A stretch of 17,575 nt of DNA from Cyanobacteria bacterium P01_A01_bin.123 (GCA_039815185.1 JBCBZT010000094.1:1-17575); one strand, 5' to 3'; positions 1 through 9,477 are shown, numbered from the stretch's first letter. The notes: generated by a model from the sequence alone, not told the origin. Made by a program: numbers and translations.

Positions 1-129
1 CAGAGAGTGATATCGTTGCTGACAATCGGTTGTCGGTTTTGATCGGCTTTTACTGAGATACCCCCACTTACAGTTACACGCCAGTTTCGCAAACCACCAG
101 CAGTTTTGTCTTTTGGAGATTTCTGATCG

Positions 130-873
130 ATGTTCCTCACGCTGAGAAAAGGTCTTTTTATTGGTTTAACGCTAAGCCTAGCGATTCCTGTCCGCGCCGA
201 AGCGAGCGAATTTAACTTTGACTGGATCGGGCAAATTGCTGGGTTTCAAGTGTCGGGGGACTTTGGCTACGATGAGACTCAAAGCTACCTAGACGGCATT
301 GTCAGAACCGATGATTTAGACTTCCTCAATATTTCCTTTTTTGCCCCGGATGGAACCCTGTTGCAGACTTACACCAACAATCACCTTGACCCTGGTGTCA
401 ACTTTAACTTTGACACCAGTACTCAAGAGATTCTCCAGGCTGGGAGCTATAACGAGCCCGACGGTCTTAACCTGGGTGCGCCCAACTTTGATTTTGAAAG
501 CGGGAATGATCCGGCTCTTGCCAGTGGCTTGAGCTTCTGGTCGAAGCCACCGCGCAGCAGCACACCCCACCTGCACATCGATGACTGGGCAGACGAATTT
601 GGATTCCCCCTGGGCTTTTCTTCCCACGAAGATGTGTCTTTCCCAACCAGAACAACTCAGGAACTGATTGACACCGATCGGGTTGGGGCTGCTTATTTAC
701 CCCCCAACGGTCAACCGGTTACTCCCCTAAATGAAGCGGGGCAGTTTGCTCAAGTTGCGGCTGTGCCGGAGCCAGTTTCTTTATTGGGCTTGCTTGGCAT
801 CGGCAGTGGGTTACTGATCGCTGGCCTAAGAAGTCGGCACGGTGCTCATCGGGCAGAGGCCACGAAAGCTTAA
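130..873 (+). CDS. PEP-CTERM sorting-domain exported protein (exosortase substrate)
   Basis: N-terminal signal peptide (…AIPVRAEA), acidic body, C-terminal VPEP + hydrophobic helix (VSLLGLLGIGSGLLIAGL) + basic tail (RSR); GGAG upstream of the ATG. Confidence 0.9.
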   Translation: MFLTLRKGLFIGLTLSLAIPVRAEASEFNFDWIGQIAGFQVSGDFGYDETQSYLDGIVRTDDLDFLNISFFAPDGTLLQTYTNNHLDPGVNFNFDTSTQEILQAGSYNEPDGLNLGAPNFDFESGNDPALASGLSFWSKPPRSSTPHLHIDDWADEFGFPLGFSSHEDVSFPTRTTQELIDTDRVGAAYLPPNGQPVTPLNEAGQFAQVAAVPEPVSLLGLLGIGSGLLIAGLRSRHGAHRAEATKA

Positions 874-926
874 CTCGCTTTAACCAAGCTTGCTAACTGA
901 TGATAATGCTGGCTAAATCCTCCTAC

Positions 927-953
927 AGAGCCTATGTCCTTAGGCTCTTTTTT
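927..953 (+). terminator. Rho-independent terminator after the PEP-CTERM gene
   Basis: AGAGCCTA-tgtcct-TAGGCTCT perfect 8-bp stem followed by a T run. Confidence 0.85.
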
Positions 954-1050
954 GTTTTTCCAGTTTGAAAGTTGGTGCGATTGTCAAAGGTATCGCTTCG
1001 CTTACCGCGTCTACCACTGAGCTTGCACCTGTGATTTGACGCATCTGCTT

Positions 1051-1070
1051 TATTGAGAATCAGTCTTATT
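1051..1070. promoter_or_regulatory. Fur-box-like site upstream of the MFS gene
   Basis: TAT-TGAGAAT-C-AGTCTTA-TT, a 7-1-7 imperfect palindrome resembling TGATAAT-N-ATTATCA; same TTGAGAA core as the other boxes in the window. Confidence 0.6.
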
Positions 1071-1190
1071 TAAGGACTGATTGATATGGCGATCGCTCCT
1101 ATATGAGCGGTTCTTTTGAGCAGCGACTGCATCGATATTGCTCAAAAAATGCAACAACAAACCAATGAGCTGCGCATCGTATTGCACCTT

Positions 1191-1230
1191 AAAAAGTCCA
1201 TTTTGCGAAGAAAAGACTCCGTTTGACAAA
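1191..1230 (+). promoter_or_regulatory. Putative AraC/PchR-type tandem binding site (21-bp period)
   Basis: AAAAAGTCCATTTTGCGAAG / AAAAGACTCCGTTTGACAAA; the TCC cores are 21 bp apart, as in the element at 3742-3782. Confidence 0.5.
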
Positions 1231-1286
1231 GGATTTGAGTTTCACGAACCCTTACGATGCTTTTGCTAAGGTTCTGAACTCATTTT

Positions 1287-2576
1287 GTGCGCATCTTTAT
1301 TATTCTTTGGCTAGGGCAGTTGGCCTCTGCCATTGGCAGCCACATGACCTACTTCGCCTTAACCCTCTGGGTGTGGCAAAAAACTGAGTCTGCCACGGCG
1401 ATCGCCCTCATCCTCTTTTTCTATCAGTTGCCTCAGATCGCGATCGCGTTATTTTCCGGCATTCTGGTTGATCGGGTTTCACGCAAACAGTTACTCATTC
1501 TTAGCGATACCGCCTCTGCCTGCTGCACCCTATCTGTGGGGCTCTTAGCAACAATGCAAGCGCTCCAAATCTGGCATCTCTATCTGATTGCTGCCATCAT
1601 TGGTTGTTTTGGTCATATTCAAACCCTCACTTATACCACCACTGTGCCATTACTCGTGCCGCCCCAGCATCATGTGCGGGCAACGAGCATGGGCGCGATC
1701 GCGGGGTATAGCACAAATATCTTTGCGCCTGCGCTGGCTGGCTTGTTGTATCCCTGGATTGGTCTATTGGGAATTACAGTGATTGATTTAGTTACATTTG
1801 CGATGGCCATTGTGGGACTACTGCTAGTCTCTGTCCCATCGGTTAATCGGGCATCTTATGATCACGAACAGGCGTCAGCGGAAAACGGAGCAGAAAAGTG
1901 CCTGTGGCAGGACATTACCTTTGGGTTTCGCTATATTCGTGCCCATCCAAAGCTGCGAGCGATGGTCGTTGTTCTCTCTACGTTTGTCTTTCTCGATCAA
2001 GTCGGTGAAATCCTCTATCAGCCTATGATCCTGGCTCAGACTAATGGCAATGCCCAAATGGTAGGCATGGTGGCGGCCGCATCAGGCGTGGGTGGCGTTA
2101 TTGGAGGGGCCATACTGGCCGTGGGTGGCGGTTTTCGCGATCGCATCGTGGGTATATGGGTAGGGATGCTTGGGGTAGGGATTAGCAAACTGATCTTTGG
2201 CTTGGGACGACACTTGATCCCGTGGATGGGCGCTCGTTTGGGAGCGTCGCTGAGTGAGCCGCTAATTTTTAGCTCATATACGGCTGTATGGTACGCCGAA
2301 GTACCGCCAGCACTTCAAGGGCGTGTGTTTGCTGCCGACCACTTAATTGGTCTGGTCATTGGCGCTGCAGCAAGTTTAATCGCAGGCCCCTTAGCCGATT
2401 ATGTTTTTGAACCTGCGCTACAACCGACAGGGTATTTGGCTCCCATCTTGGGTATGGTGCTCGGGACTGGAGATGGCACCGGTATGGCTTTACTGTATGT
2501 CTTAACTGCTGGCGGATTGTTGCTGGTAAGCGCGATGTGTAAGACCTTACACTCAAGTCGTCACCCGGATACCTAG
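1287..2576 (+). CDS. MFS transporter (MefA/EntS-like, DHA3-type)
   Basis: 429 aa, roughly 12 hydrophobic segments, N-terminal LWLGQLASAIGS, MFS motif A GILVDRVSRK, VPPALQGRVF motif; GTG start. Confidence 0.9.
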   Translation: MRIFIILWLGQLASAIGSHMTYFALTLWVWQKTESATAIALILFFYQLPQIAIALFSGILVDRVSRKQLLILSDTASACCTLSVGLLATMQALQIWHLYLIAAIIGCFGHIQTLTYTTTVPLLVPPQHHVRATSMGAIAGYSTNIFAPALAGLLYPWIGLLGITVIDLVTFAMAIVGLLLVSVPSVNRASYDHEQASAENGAEKCLWQDITFGFRYIRAHPKLRAMVVVLSTFVFLDQVGEILYQPMILAQTNGNAQMVGMVAAASGVGGVIGGAILAVGGGFRDRIVGIWVGMLGVGISKLIFGLGRHLIPWMGARLGASLSEPLIFSSYTAVWYAEVPPALQGRVFAADHLIGLVIGAAASLIAGPLADYVFEPALQPTGYLAPILGMVLGTGDGTGMALLYVLTAGGLLLVSAMCKTLHSSRHPDT

Positions 2577-2685
2577 GCAATGCGACCGATGGGAGAGCAA
2601 TTGTGGGTATTGAACAAAGGCCTAAAACAGCAATGTCGCGATCGCAAGATGACTAACAACTCAACTCGTGCCCTCTCAAAGCTTT

Positions 2686-2716
2686 TATTGAGAATTATTA
2701 CTATCAGTGCCATACT
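2686..2716 (+). promoter_or_regulatory. Sigma70-type promoter overlapped by a Fur-like box (araC gene)
   Basis: TTGAGA(2688-2693)-N17-CATACT(2711-2716) with TG extension; overlapping TGAGAAT-T-ATTACTA (2689-2703). Confidence 0.65.
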
Positions 2717-2743
2717 TATGTAGCGGTTTATGGCAGCTTCTCA

Positions 2744-3733
2744 ATGGCTAAGGTTCTAACAGGTAGCGAAGTTGGCGAAATCATGGCAGAATGCCGCGCC
2801 AACGGCGAAGTCTCAGAATATCAAGAAGGTGCCGAATGTTTTTGGCAGATGCCACTGCCGCTGGGTTGGGGCTATGGCCGTGCCACACAACTACGACCTG
2901 GCTTATGGCTCAGTATTGGAGACTATAGAAAGCGCCAAACCCATACCTACAAAGGTCAGCATCGGCAGACGATGCCGTTGACCTTAGCCTACTATCTCTC
3001 AGGTGGAATTCGGGTGGATAATGCAGGTCTAAAAATCGTCCATGAAGAGGTGGCTGGCAAAAGCTATCTGTATTGCTTACCCAATACTTTTGAAATTGAA
3101 AAATACCCCGCTGCACAGCACATTTGTGCCGTCAGGATCCGGATTTTGCCAGAGCTGATGCCCACGTTGAGCGATCGCATTGATGAGCTACCCACCGACC
3201 TCAGACAAGCTATAGAGCATCCAGAGAAAACGCTGTTGTACTACCCCAGCGAAATTACCCCCGCCCAGCACCAAGTCCTCCAGCAAATTTTGCAGTGGCC
3301 CTACCAAGGCATCACGCGCCAACTCTATTTGGAAAGCAAGGTGCTAGAACTGTTGGCGTTGCATTTCAACCAAATGCTCACACCCAGATCTATCCAAACC
3401 AGCAAATTATCCACTAGCGATCGCGACCGGATTTATCAGGCCCGCAATATCCTGATTCAAAATATGGTCGATCCGCCCTCAGTGGCAGAACTGGCGCGAC
3501 AAGTCCAACTCAACGAACGCAAACTCAAGCAGGGCTTCCATCAGGTTTTCAACATGACTGTCTTTGGCTATCTCCACGATTACCGTATGGAGCAAGCTCA
3601 GCGATTGTTGCAAACCGGACAACTTAACATTCAAGAGACGGCTCGCTGGGTCGGTTACGCCAGCCGCAGTTCATTTGTCGTCGCCTTCAAGAAAAAATTT
3701 CACGTCGCCCCCAGTCGCTATCTCAAAGCCTAA
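2744..3733 (+). CDS. AraC-family transcriptional regulator, PchR/YbtA-like
   Basis: LYLESKVLELL segment and C-terminal double HTH (PPSVAELARQVQLNERKLKQGF…VGYASRSSFVVAFKKKFHVAPS); directly upstream of a TonB-dependent receptor. Confidence 0.93.
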   Translation: MAKVLTGSEVGEIMAECRANGEVSEYQEGAECFWQMPLPLGWGYGRATQLRPGLWLSIGDYRKRQTHTYKGQHRQTMPLTLAYYLSGGIRVDNAGLKIVHEEVAGKSYLYCLPNTFEIEKYPAAQHICAVRIRILPELMPTLSDRIDELPTDLRQAIEHPEKTLLYYPSEITPAQHQVLQQILQWPYQGITRQLYLESKVLELLALHFNQMLTPRSIQTSKLSTSDRDRIYQARNILIQNMVDPPSVAELARQVQLNERKLKQGFHQVFNMTVFGYLHDYRMEQAQRLLQTGQLNIQETARWVGYASRSSFVVAFKKKFHVAPSRYLKA

Positions 3734-3741
3734 TATCACGG

Positions 3742-3782
3742 TAAAAGTCCCGCTAGAGAACAGATCAGTCCCTTTGGGAAAC
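3742..3782 (+). promoter_or_regulatory. Putative AraC/PchR-type tandem binding site (21-bp period)
   Basis: AGTCCC at 3746 and 3767 (AGTCCCGCTAGAGAAC / AGTCCCTTTGGGAAAC), upstream of the receptor gene. Confidence 0.55.
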
Positions 3783-3817
3783 AAGCTCCGCAAACTTCCC
3801 ATCAGCGAACACCTTAA

Positions 3818-3838
3818 TATTGAGAACAATTCTTAATT
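3818..3838. promoter_or_regulatory. Fur-box-like site upstream of the TonB-dependent receptor
   Basis: TAT-TGAGAAC-A-ATTCTTA-ATT, a 7-1-7 palindrome (3821-3835). Confidence 0.7.
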
Positions 3839-3946
3839 AAACCGGCAAATGACGGTGCATTTAGCCTTGGCCAGACCTGTGATCGGCCCTGTAATCGGCT
3901 AAACACCACCAGGTTCGCCGGAAGATATTTAGGTGTGTGAGGAAGC

Positions 3947-6679
3947 ATGACAATTCAAATTAGGCTGCTTAGCTCTGCGCTAGCTAGTACGGTTGCAGCC
4001 ATAATCGCCCATCCCGCTTTAGCCCAAGCCCTAGATGAGTTCCAGAGTTTAGATCACTCAGATACAAATACGGCAAGTGTGGCGGATGATCGTTCGCGGG
4101 TGGAGTTCCGTCTACCCCAGACACCGACAGCAATTAGCCATAGCAAACATTATCCAGAAAATTTACTCTCTACGCCATCCAATGACGGGGTATCTCAAAC
4201 GGAAGATAGTGGTTCCCTTGAAGCGATCGGAGATACCCACACTGAGGATTCTTTGCAACTTGGTCAAATTGCCCAGACTGAAATGGCGGTAATTACTGAT
4301 GTACAAATCAGTTCAACGCCAGAGGGTTTAACGGTTATTCTAATCTCCGACCAACCCCTCTCAGCCAGCGCCCCCCAGGTCTCAGGCAATGCTTTAGTCA
4401 CTGAAATTCCTAATGCCACCTTAGGTCTCGTCGATGCCGCTGCTGCCGAACAGTTTGGCCCAGCTGAGGGCATTGCCCTAGTGCAGGTGTCGAGTTTACC
4501 TAATGGTGGTGTGCAAGTTGCCATTACCGGCACAGATGCACCACCCACAGCCCAGGTCAGTACAGAATCTGGGAATCTGGTGCTTAGCGTGGTGCCCGGA
4601 ATCGCCGCTGGCGTGGCGGAGGACGCAGACGCGATTCAGGTGATTGTCACCGCCACCCGTACCGAAGAAGATGTGCGGGACGTGCCCCGTTCGGTAACGG
4701 TGATCGATCGCGAGCAGATTCAGCAGCAGCTACTTTTTAACACCAGCTTGCCTGATATTTTGGGTCGCTTAGTGCCGGGTTTGTCGCCTCCGACCGGCGA
4801 AGACAGTACCTTAGGACTGCGGCTTCGCGGTCGCCCGATTGTCGTGCTAATTGATGGCATACCTCAGACCCCCAACAACAATGGCTTTGAGAGAAGCTTA
4901 AGTACGATTGCACCCCAGCAGATTGAGCAGATTGAGGTGCTGCGAGGTCCCAGCGCGATTTATGGGGATGGCGGTACGGGCGGCGTGATTAATATCATTA
5001 CCCGTCGGCCTAGTGAGGAAGCGATCGCCTATAACTTCAGCATAGGCGGCGATATGAGCTTGAGTTCTAGCGAAGGCGATCGCTTTGGTAATGAGGTTGA
5101 ACTGGGGGTATCAGCGTCAAGTGAGCGGGCTGACGGGCTACTGTCTCTATCGTTTGATTCTACGGCTGCTCAGTTTGAGGCTGGGGGCATCCGCCTTGCG
5201 CCCAACGGCGTCGCCAACAGCGATCGTTTGGGCCTGTTGGCCAAGCTGGGCTACAACTTTGATGAGCAACAGCGGCTGGCGTTTACTTACAGCTTCTATC
5301 GGCAGGGGCAAGGGACAGACTATATTACTGCCCCCGGTGGTACGCTACCGGCTGATGCTGAGTTTGGGCGGGCGCAGTTTGTGGGCACTCGGTATGAGGA
5401 AGCGCCCCGGCAACTTAATAATGTGTTGAACTTGACCTACAGCCATGCTGATATCCTGAGTTCCCAGGTCGATCTCCAGCTCTACTATCGCAATACCGAT
5501 CTGGTTGATATCTTTACCGATTTAGGCCCTGGTTTTCCGCTCCCCCTATTTCCTCAAGTGTGGCAAACGACGCTAAACGACACGGAGTGGGGCGGACGGC
5601 TACAAATCGATACCGCCCTGGGAGAATCAGCCAGTCTGCTGTGGGGGATCGACTATACGCAAAATGAGACAGATTCACCCCTTTTCGTCAATAACACAGA
5701 TGCGAGTGTTACCGGATTTGCATCCGTGGTTGACACTAGCCTAGATCGCTTTCCCTCCTACAGTTTGAATAGCTTAGGTGTCTTTGCCCAGGCCACCTGG
5801 GATATTACCGAGCAGTTTCAGATTAGCGGTGGTCTCCGCTATGAGAACGTAGATTTGTCGGTTGAAGATTATCAGATCGCGTTTGCGTTCGCGCTACCCA
5901 GGGAGCGGCAGGGGGGCAGCAGCAGTTTCGACGATGTGTCGTTTAATGCGGGTCTGCTTTACCGCCCCATTCCAGAAGTCGGCCTGTTTGCCAGCTTTGC
6001 CCAGGGATTCTCCATCCCGAACATCGGCAGTTCGCTGATCAATGCGCCCGTGGGATTTGATGTCGCGACCGATTTGTTGCTCCAGCCCCAAAAGGTGGAC
6101 AATTACGAAGTGGGTATTCGGGTCGATCTTGATCAAATTCAAGGCACGATTAGTGGCTTCTATAGCGAATCTGACCTGGGCAGTGCCATTACCCTTAACG
6201 CAAATGGCCTAGGGGTTATTCAGCGAGCGCCTCAGCGCAACTACGGCTTTGAAGCCACCCTCGACTGGCAGCCCATGGACACTTTGCGGTTGGGAGCCTT
6301 GTATAGCTGGAATGAGGGCGAAAATGACGTCGATACCGATGGTGTCTTTGAGTCGTTGAGCCAGCTAGAAATTCAGCCCCAAAAATTTGGTTTTTACATT
6401 GAAAATGACACCCTGCCGGGGTGGACAAACCGTTTGGATCTGCTGCTGGTGGGTGTCCGCATTGGCGACCTTTTTGGCGATGATATTGCGGTTGGTGGCT
6501 ACACGGTTGTGGACTTCTCCAGCAGTATTCAGCTAGGGGGTGGTCGATTGACGCTGGGTCTTAGCAATTTGTTCAATACCCAATACATTACGGCTCGCCA
6601 GCAGGCTCGCGGCAACATCGGTCAAATCGTTCCTAACCCTGGCCGTACGCTCAGCCTGCGCTATTCGATTGACTTTTAG
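3947..6679 (+). CDS. TonB-dependent siderophore receptor with N-terminal AMIN domain (IutA/SchT-like)
   Basis: Signal peptide; AMIN-like segment (ITDVQISSTPEGLTVIL…); IVTATRTEE; plug motifs LRGR, VLIDGIPQ, IEVLRGPSAIYGDGGTGGVINII; NLFN and C-terminal YSIDF. Confidence 0.95.
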   Translation: MTIQIRLLSSALASTVAAIIAHPALAQALDEFQSLDHSDTNTASVADDRSRVEFRLPQTPTAISHSKHYPENLLSTPSNDGVSQTEDSGSLEAIGDTHTEDSLQLGQIAQTEMAVITDVQISSTPEGLTVILISDQPLSASAPQVSGNALVTEIPNATLGLVDAAAAEQFGPAEGIALVQVSSLPNGGVQVAITGTDAPPTAQVSTESGNLVLSVVPGIAAGVAEDADAIQVIVTATRTEEDVRDVPRSVTVIDREQIQQQLLFNTSLPDILGRLVPGLSPPTGEDSTLGLRLRGRPIVVLIDGIPQTPNNNGFERSLSTIAPQQIEQIEVLRGPSAIYGDGGTGGVINIITRRPSEEAIAYNFSIGGDMSLSSSEGDRFGNEVELGVSASSERADGLLSLSFDSTAAQFEAGGIRLAPNGVANSDRLGLLAKLGYNFDEQQRLAFTYSFYRQGQGTDYITAPGGTLPADAEFGRAQFVGTRYEEAPRQLNNVLNLTYSHADILSSQVDLQLYYRNTDLVDIFTDLGPGFPLPLFPQVWQTTLNDTEWGGRLQIDTALGESASLLWGIDYTQNETDSPLFVNNTDASVTGFASVVDTSLDRFPSYSLNSLGVFAQATWDITEQFQISGGLRYENVDLSVEDYQIAFAFALPRERQGGSSSFDDVSFNAGLLYRPIPEVGLFASFAQGFSIPNIGSSLINAPVGFDVATDLLLQPQKVDNYEVGIRVDLDQIQGTISGFYSESDLGSAITLNANGLGVIQRAPQRNYGFEATLDWQPMDTLRLGALYSWNEGENDVDTDGVFESLSQLEIQPQKFGFYIENDTLPGWTNRLDLLLVGVRIGDLFGDDIAVGGYTVVDFSSSIQLGGGRLTLGLSNLFNTQYITARQQARGNIGQIVPNPGRTLSLRYSIDF

Positions 6680-6683
6680 GAGC

Positions 6684-7631
6684 ATGGATAACGTGGGTTG
6701 TCAGGGCGTTGTTGGATTGACGGCTAGCCTTCTGTTGGCAGGTTGCCAGCAGGGGGCGTCAACCGTCACTTCTCCCCTCGATCCTAATATCCCTACACAA
6801 ACGATAGATCATGTGATGGGAACCTCTGAGGTCCCCCTTGCACCTGAGCGGGTAGTGGTGATTGATACTACTCCCTTGGATGCTGCGTTGGCCCTGGGTA
6901 TTCAGCCTGTGGGCACGATTCAATATGGTGTCCCCCCTGGATATTTAGAGGATGCTGTCAAAGACATTGAGGTGGTGGGGCAATACAATCAACCCAATCT
7001 TGAAACCATTTTGCGCCTCGACCCTGATTTGATCCTGGGGGCCAAGAGTATTTCGGCGCGGCTTTATCCCCGACTGTCCCAAATTGCACCGACCGTTTTT
7101 ATTGAAGGGGCGGGTTACAGTTGGGACTGGAAAAACAACTTCCGGTTGTTTGCAGAAGCAATGGGGCGCTCTGAACAAGCTGAACAGCTACTGGCTGACT
7201 ACCAACAGCAGTTAGCTGATCTCAAAACTTCAATCAATGCTTCCCCTGAAACGATCACGGTTTCAGTTTTAGTTTCTACGCCGCAGGGCTTGGTGGCTCA
7301 TACCCCGACCAGTTTTTCCGGCTCGATTTTGCAGGAGATTGGATTTAGCCGCAATCCAACCCAAAGTTCCACCGAACAGTTTTTTGTGAGACTCTCGCGC
7401 GAAGACTTGGATAGTCCTGATGGGGAAGTTATTTTTCTGATTCACAACCCTGAGTGGGATTCAGAATCCAAAGCAGAATTTACAGCAGACCCGCTATGGT
7501 CGCAGTTAGATGCGGCCCAAAAGGGCTCAGTCTGCGAAGTTGCAGGTGATGTTTGGGGTTCGGGACGTAGCATTTTGGCGGCTCAGCAGATTCTAGAAGA
7601 CGTTAGGATGTGTTTGAATCATATTAAATGA
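6684..7631 (+). CDS. Iron-siderophore ABC transporter substrate-binding lipoprotein (FecB/FhuD family)
   Basis: Lipobox LLLAGC; HVMGTSEVPLAPERVVVI, QPNLETILRLDPDLI, LSQIAPTV, PLWSQLDA motifs; start uncertain (ATG 6684 vs TTG 6669). Confidence 0.92.
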   Translation: MDNVGCQGVVGLTASLLLAGCQQGASTVTSPLDPNIPTQTIDHVMGTSEVPLAPERVVVIDTTPLDAALALGIQPVGTIQYGVPPGYLEDAVKDIEVVGQYNQPNLETILRLDPDLILGAKSISARLYPRLSQIAPTVFIEGAGYSWDWKNNFRLFAEAMGRSEQAEQLLADYQQQLADLKTSINASPETITVSVLVSTPQGLVAHTPTSFSGSILQEIGFSRNPTQSSTEQFFVRLSREDLDSPDGEVIFLIHNPEWDSESKAEFTADPLWSQLDAAQKGSVCEVAGDVWGSGRSILAAQQILEDVRMCLNHIK

Positions 7632-7643
7632 GAATCAATCCCA
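7629..7643. promoter_or_regulatory. Fur-box-like site before the sucrase/ferredoxin gene
   Basis: TGAGAAT-C-AATCCCA overlapping the upstream stop codon and just before ATG 7655. Confidence 0.4.
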
Positions 7644-7654
7644 GGAATGCGGTA

Positions 7655-8761
7655 ATGCAAACCATAGATAATGTAGCCGATTGTCGATACTGCTCTCAAG
7701 TCTCCAAAGCTAATGGCGAAGACCCCATCGGTTCTGCACCCCAGGTCGATCACTGGCTGTTAGTCGAGGTGAAGCAACCCTGGCCAGCGTCGATGTTTAC
7801 TGAACATCCGGTAATCAGCCAGGTGTTTCCGCTGCTTAAAAAACTCGTTGTTAAGCGTGGGGTGATGGTTCGCCCCGTCGCGATCGCCCCTGATCCTGAA
7901 TACTCCACATCTGGGTTGACGCGCGTGATTTATTACCGCCGCCCAGCTCAGCAATTTGCTGAATATGTCAAACAAGAATATGTCGCGCCCGATGAGCAGG
8001 CATCACGATTAGTGCTCGCCTTGCTCAATCGATTGCTCGACAACACAACCGATCTCTCTGAGTTTGCCGCTTACCAACAAGACACCCAGCACTTGCGGGA
8101 GATGCTGGTGTGTACCCACACCCAAGTAGACTTGGCCTGTGGTCGGTTCGGCACCCCCATTTATCGCCAACTGCGTCAAACCTATGGCCAACCGGGTCAA
8201 TCACTGCGGGTGTGGCAAAGTACTCACTTTGGGGGACATAAGTTTGCCCCGACCTTGATTGATTTACCGACTGGGCACTTCTGGGGGCATTTAGAGCCTG
8301 AAGTCTTACCGCAGCTAGTTGAGCGTACGGGCGATCATCGTCAGATGCAAAGGTTTTTGCGGGGTTGGGCCGGGTACAGTCAATTTGAACAGATTGCCGA
8401 ACGGGCAGCCTGGATGGATGCAGGGTGGGCCTGGTTCACCTACCCCCGCACTAGCCGTGTGATTCGCAAAGGGCTAACTGGGGTAAAGCGCTTGCTGTAT
8501 CCCACACTGCGTTGGATTCCGATCAATCTGTTGCAGCTTTGGTTGGCGCGCTGGACGAGTGATGCCAGTTGGGTCGAGGTTGAGGTAACTTACACATCAC
8601 CCAAGGGCACATCACCTGAAGGCAATGGATGCTACCGGATCACCGTTGAAGAGGGCGGAGAAGTCATGAGCGCAAAGCGTTCAGTCGTTGACAAAGATCA
8701 AAAGATATCGATCGCCCCTGTCAAGCAGTATCAGGTCAGTTGTTTGGTGAAAAACGCTTAA
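7655..8761 (+). CDS. Sucrase/ferredoxin-like (Apd1/Aim32-type) thioredoxin-fold [2Fe-2S] protein
   Basis: N-terminal CSQVSKANGEDPIGSA, WLLVEVKQPW, C-x8-C (CTHTQVDLAC) and H-x-G-G-H (HFGGH); start ATG 7655 or 7628. Confidence 0.88.
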   Translation: MQTIDNVADCRYCSQVSKANGEDPIGSAPQVDHWLLVEVKQPWPASMFTEHPVISQVFPLLKKLVVKRGVMVRPVAIAPDPEYSTSGLTRVIYYRRPAQQFAEYVKQEYVAPDEQASRLVLALLNRLLDNTTDLSEFAAYQQDTQHLREMLVCTHTQVDLACGRFGTPIYRQLRQTYGQPGQSLRVWQSTHFGGHKFAPTLIDLPTGHFWGHLEPEVLPQLVERTGDHRQMQRFLRGWAGYSQFEQIAERAAWMDAGWAWFTYPRTSRVIRKGLTGVKRLLYPTLRWIPINLLQLWLARWTSDASWVEVEVTYTSPKGTSPEGNGCYRITVEEGGEVMSAKRSVVDKDQKISIAPVKQYQVSCLVKNA

Positions 8762-8841
8762 GACTCACCGCAAATTTTGGATTTGCAGTTTTGGCGTTTG
8801 AACTCCGGCATCAGCCCGGTCGAACAACCGCTTGCGTTGCT

Positions 8842-9477
8842 TTATTCTTCTGCTTCTGCTGCGATCGCGGCCTCTGCTGCCGCCAGGTTTTCTTGAGCGG
8901 GTTGAAAATCAGGATCAATTTCTAGGGCTTGGTTATAAGCTGCGATCGCTTCCTCATAGCGTCCCTCGCTGGCTAGAAGCACACCTAGATTGTTGTAGGC
9001 TTCAACATACTCAGGATTGAGTTCCGCGGCCCGTTGATAGGCCAAAATTGCTTGTTCAGCAGGCAATAAATTACCCAAGTTAGCGTAGACCTCAGGTAAG
9101 TTGGGATCGAGCTCAATGGCCCGCTCATAGGCTGCCACTGCCCCCTCATAATCTTCTTGGAGGGCCAGTACGGTTCCTAAATTGTTGTAGGTACCTGCAT
9201 TCTCTGAATCGATTTCTAACGACTGCTGATAGGCCTCAGCTGAGGCTTCTAATTCCCCAAGCTGATAGAGGGTTGCGCCCAAGTTGTTATAGGCATCAGC
9301 ACTGTTTGGATCAAGCTCAATCATTTGTTGCCAGGCAACAACAGCGGCTTCATAGTCTCCCGCCCGATACGCGTCCAACCCTTGTTGGGCAACTTCTTCG
9401 ATCGATTGGGCCAGGGCGGGTAAAGCACCAAAACACGCAGCTGACACGAGCAACAAAATGGCTTTGCGAATAGGCAT
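8842..9477 (-). CDS. Exported acidic tetratricopeptide-repeat protein
   Basis: Signal peptide (MPIRKAILLLVSAACFGALPALA) followed by about 5 TPRs (AYNNLG…A…Y..A.E.DP). Confidence 0.9.
   Translation of the reverse strand: MPIRKAILLLVSAACFGALPALAQSIEEVAQQGLDAYRAGDYEAAVVAWQQMIELDPNSADAYNNLGATLYQLGELEASAEAYQQSLEIDSENAGTYNNLGTVLALQEDYEGAVAAYERAIELDPNLPEVYANLGNLLPAEQAILAYQRAAELNPEYVEAYNNLGVLLASEGRYEEAIAAYNQALEIDPDFQPAQENLAAAEAAIAAEAEE

Noticed and set aside
17..40. Fur-like box before the PEP-CTERM gene (TGACAAT-C-GGTTGTC)
   Set aside because: The second half-site is poor and GC-rich, and the upstream context is cut off by the window
8592..8623. Short duplication encoding TSPKG/TSPEG
   Set aside because: In-frame loop micro-duplication with no evident significance
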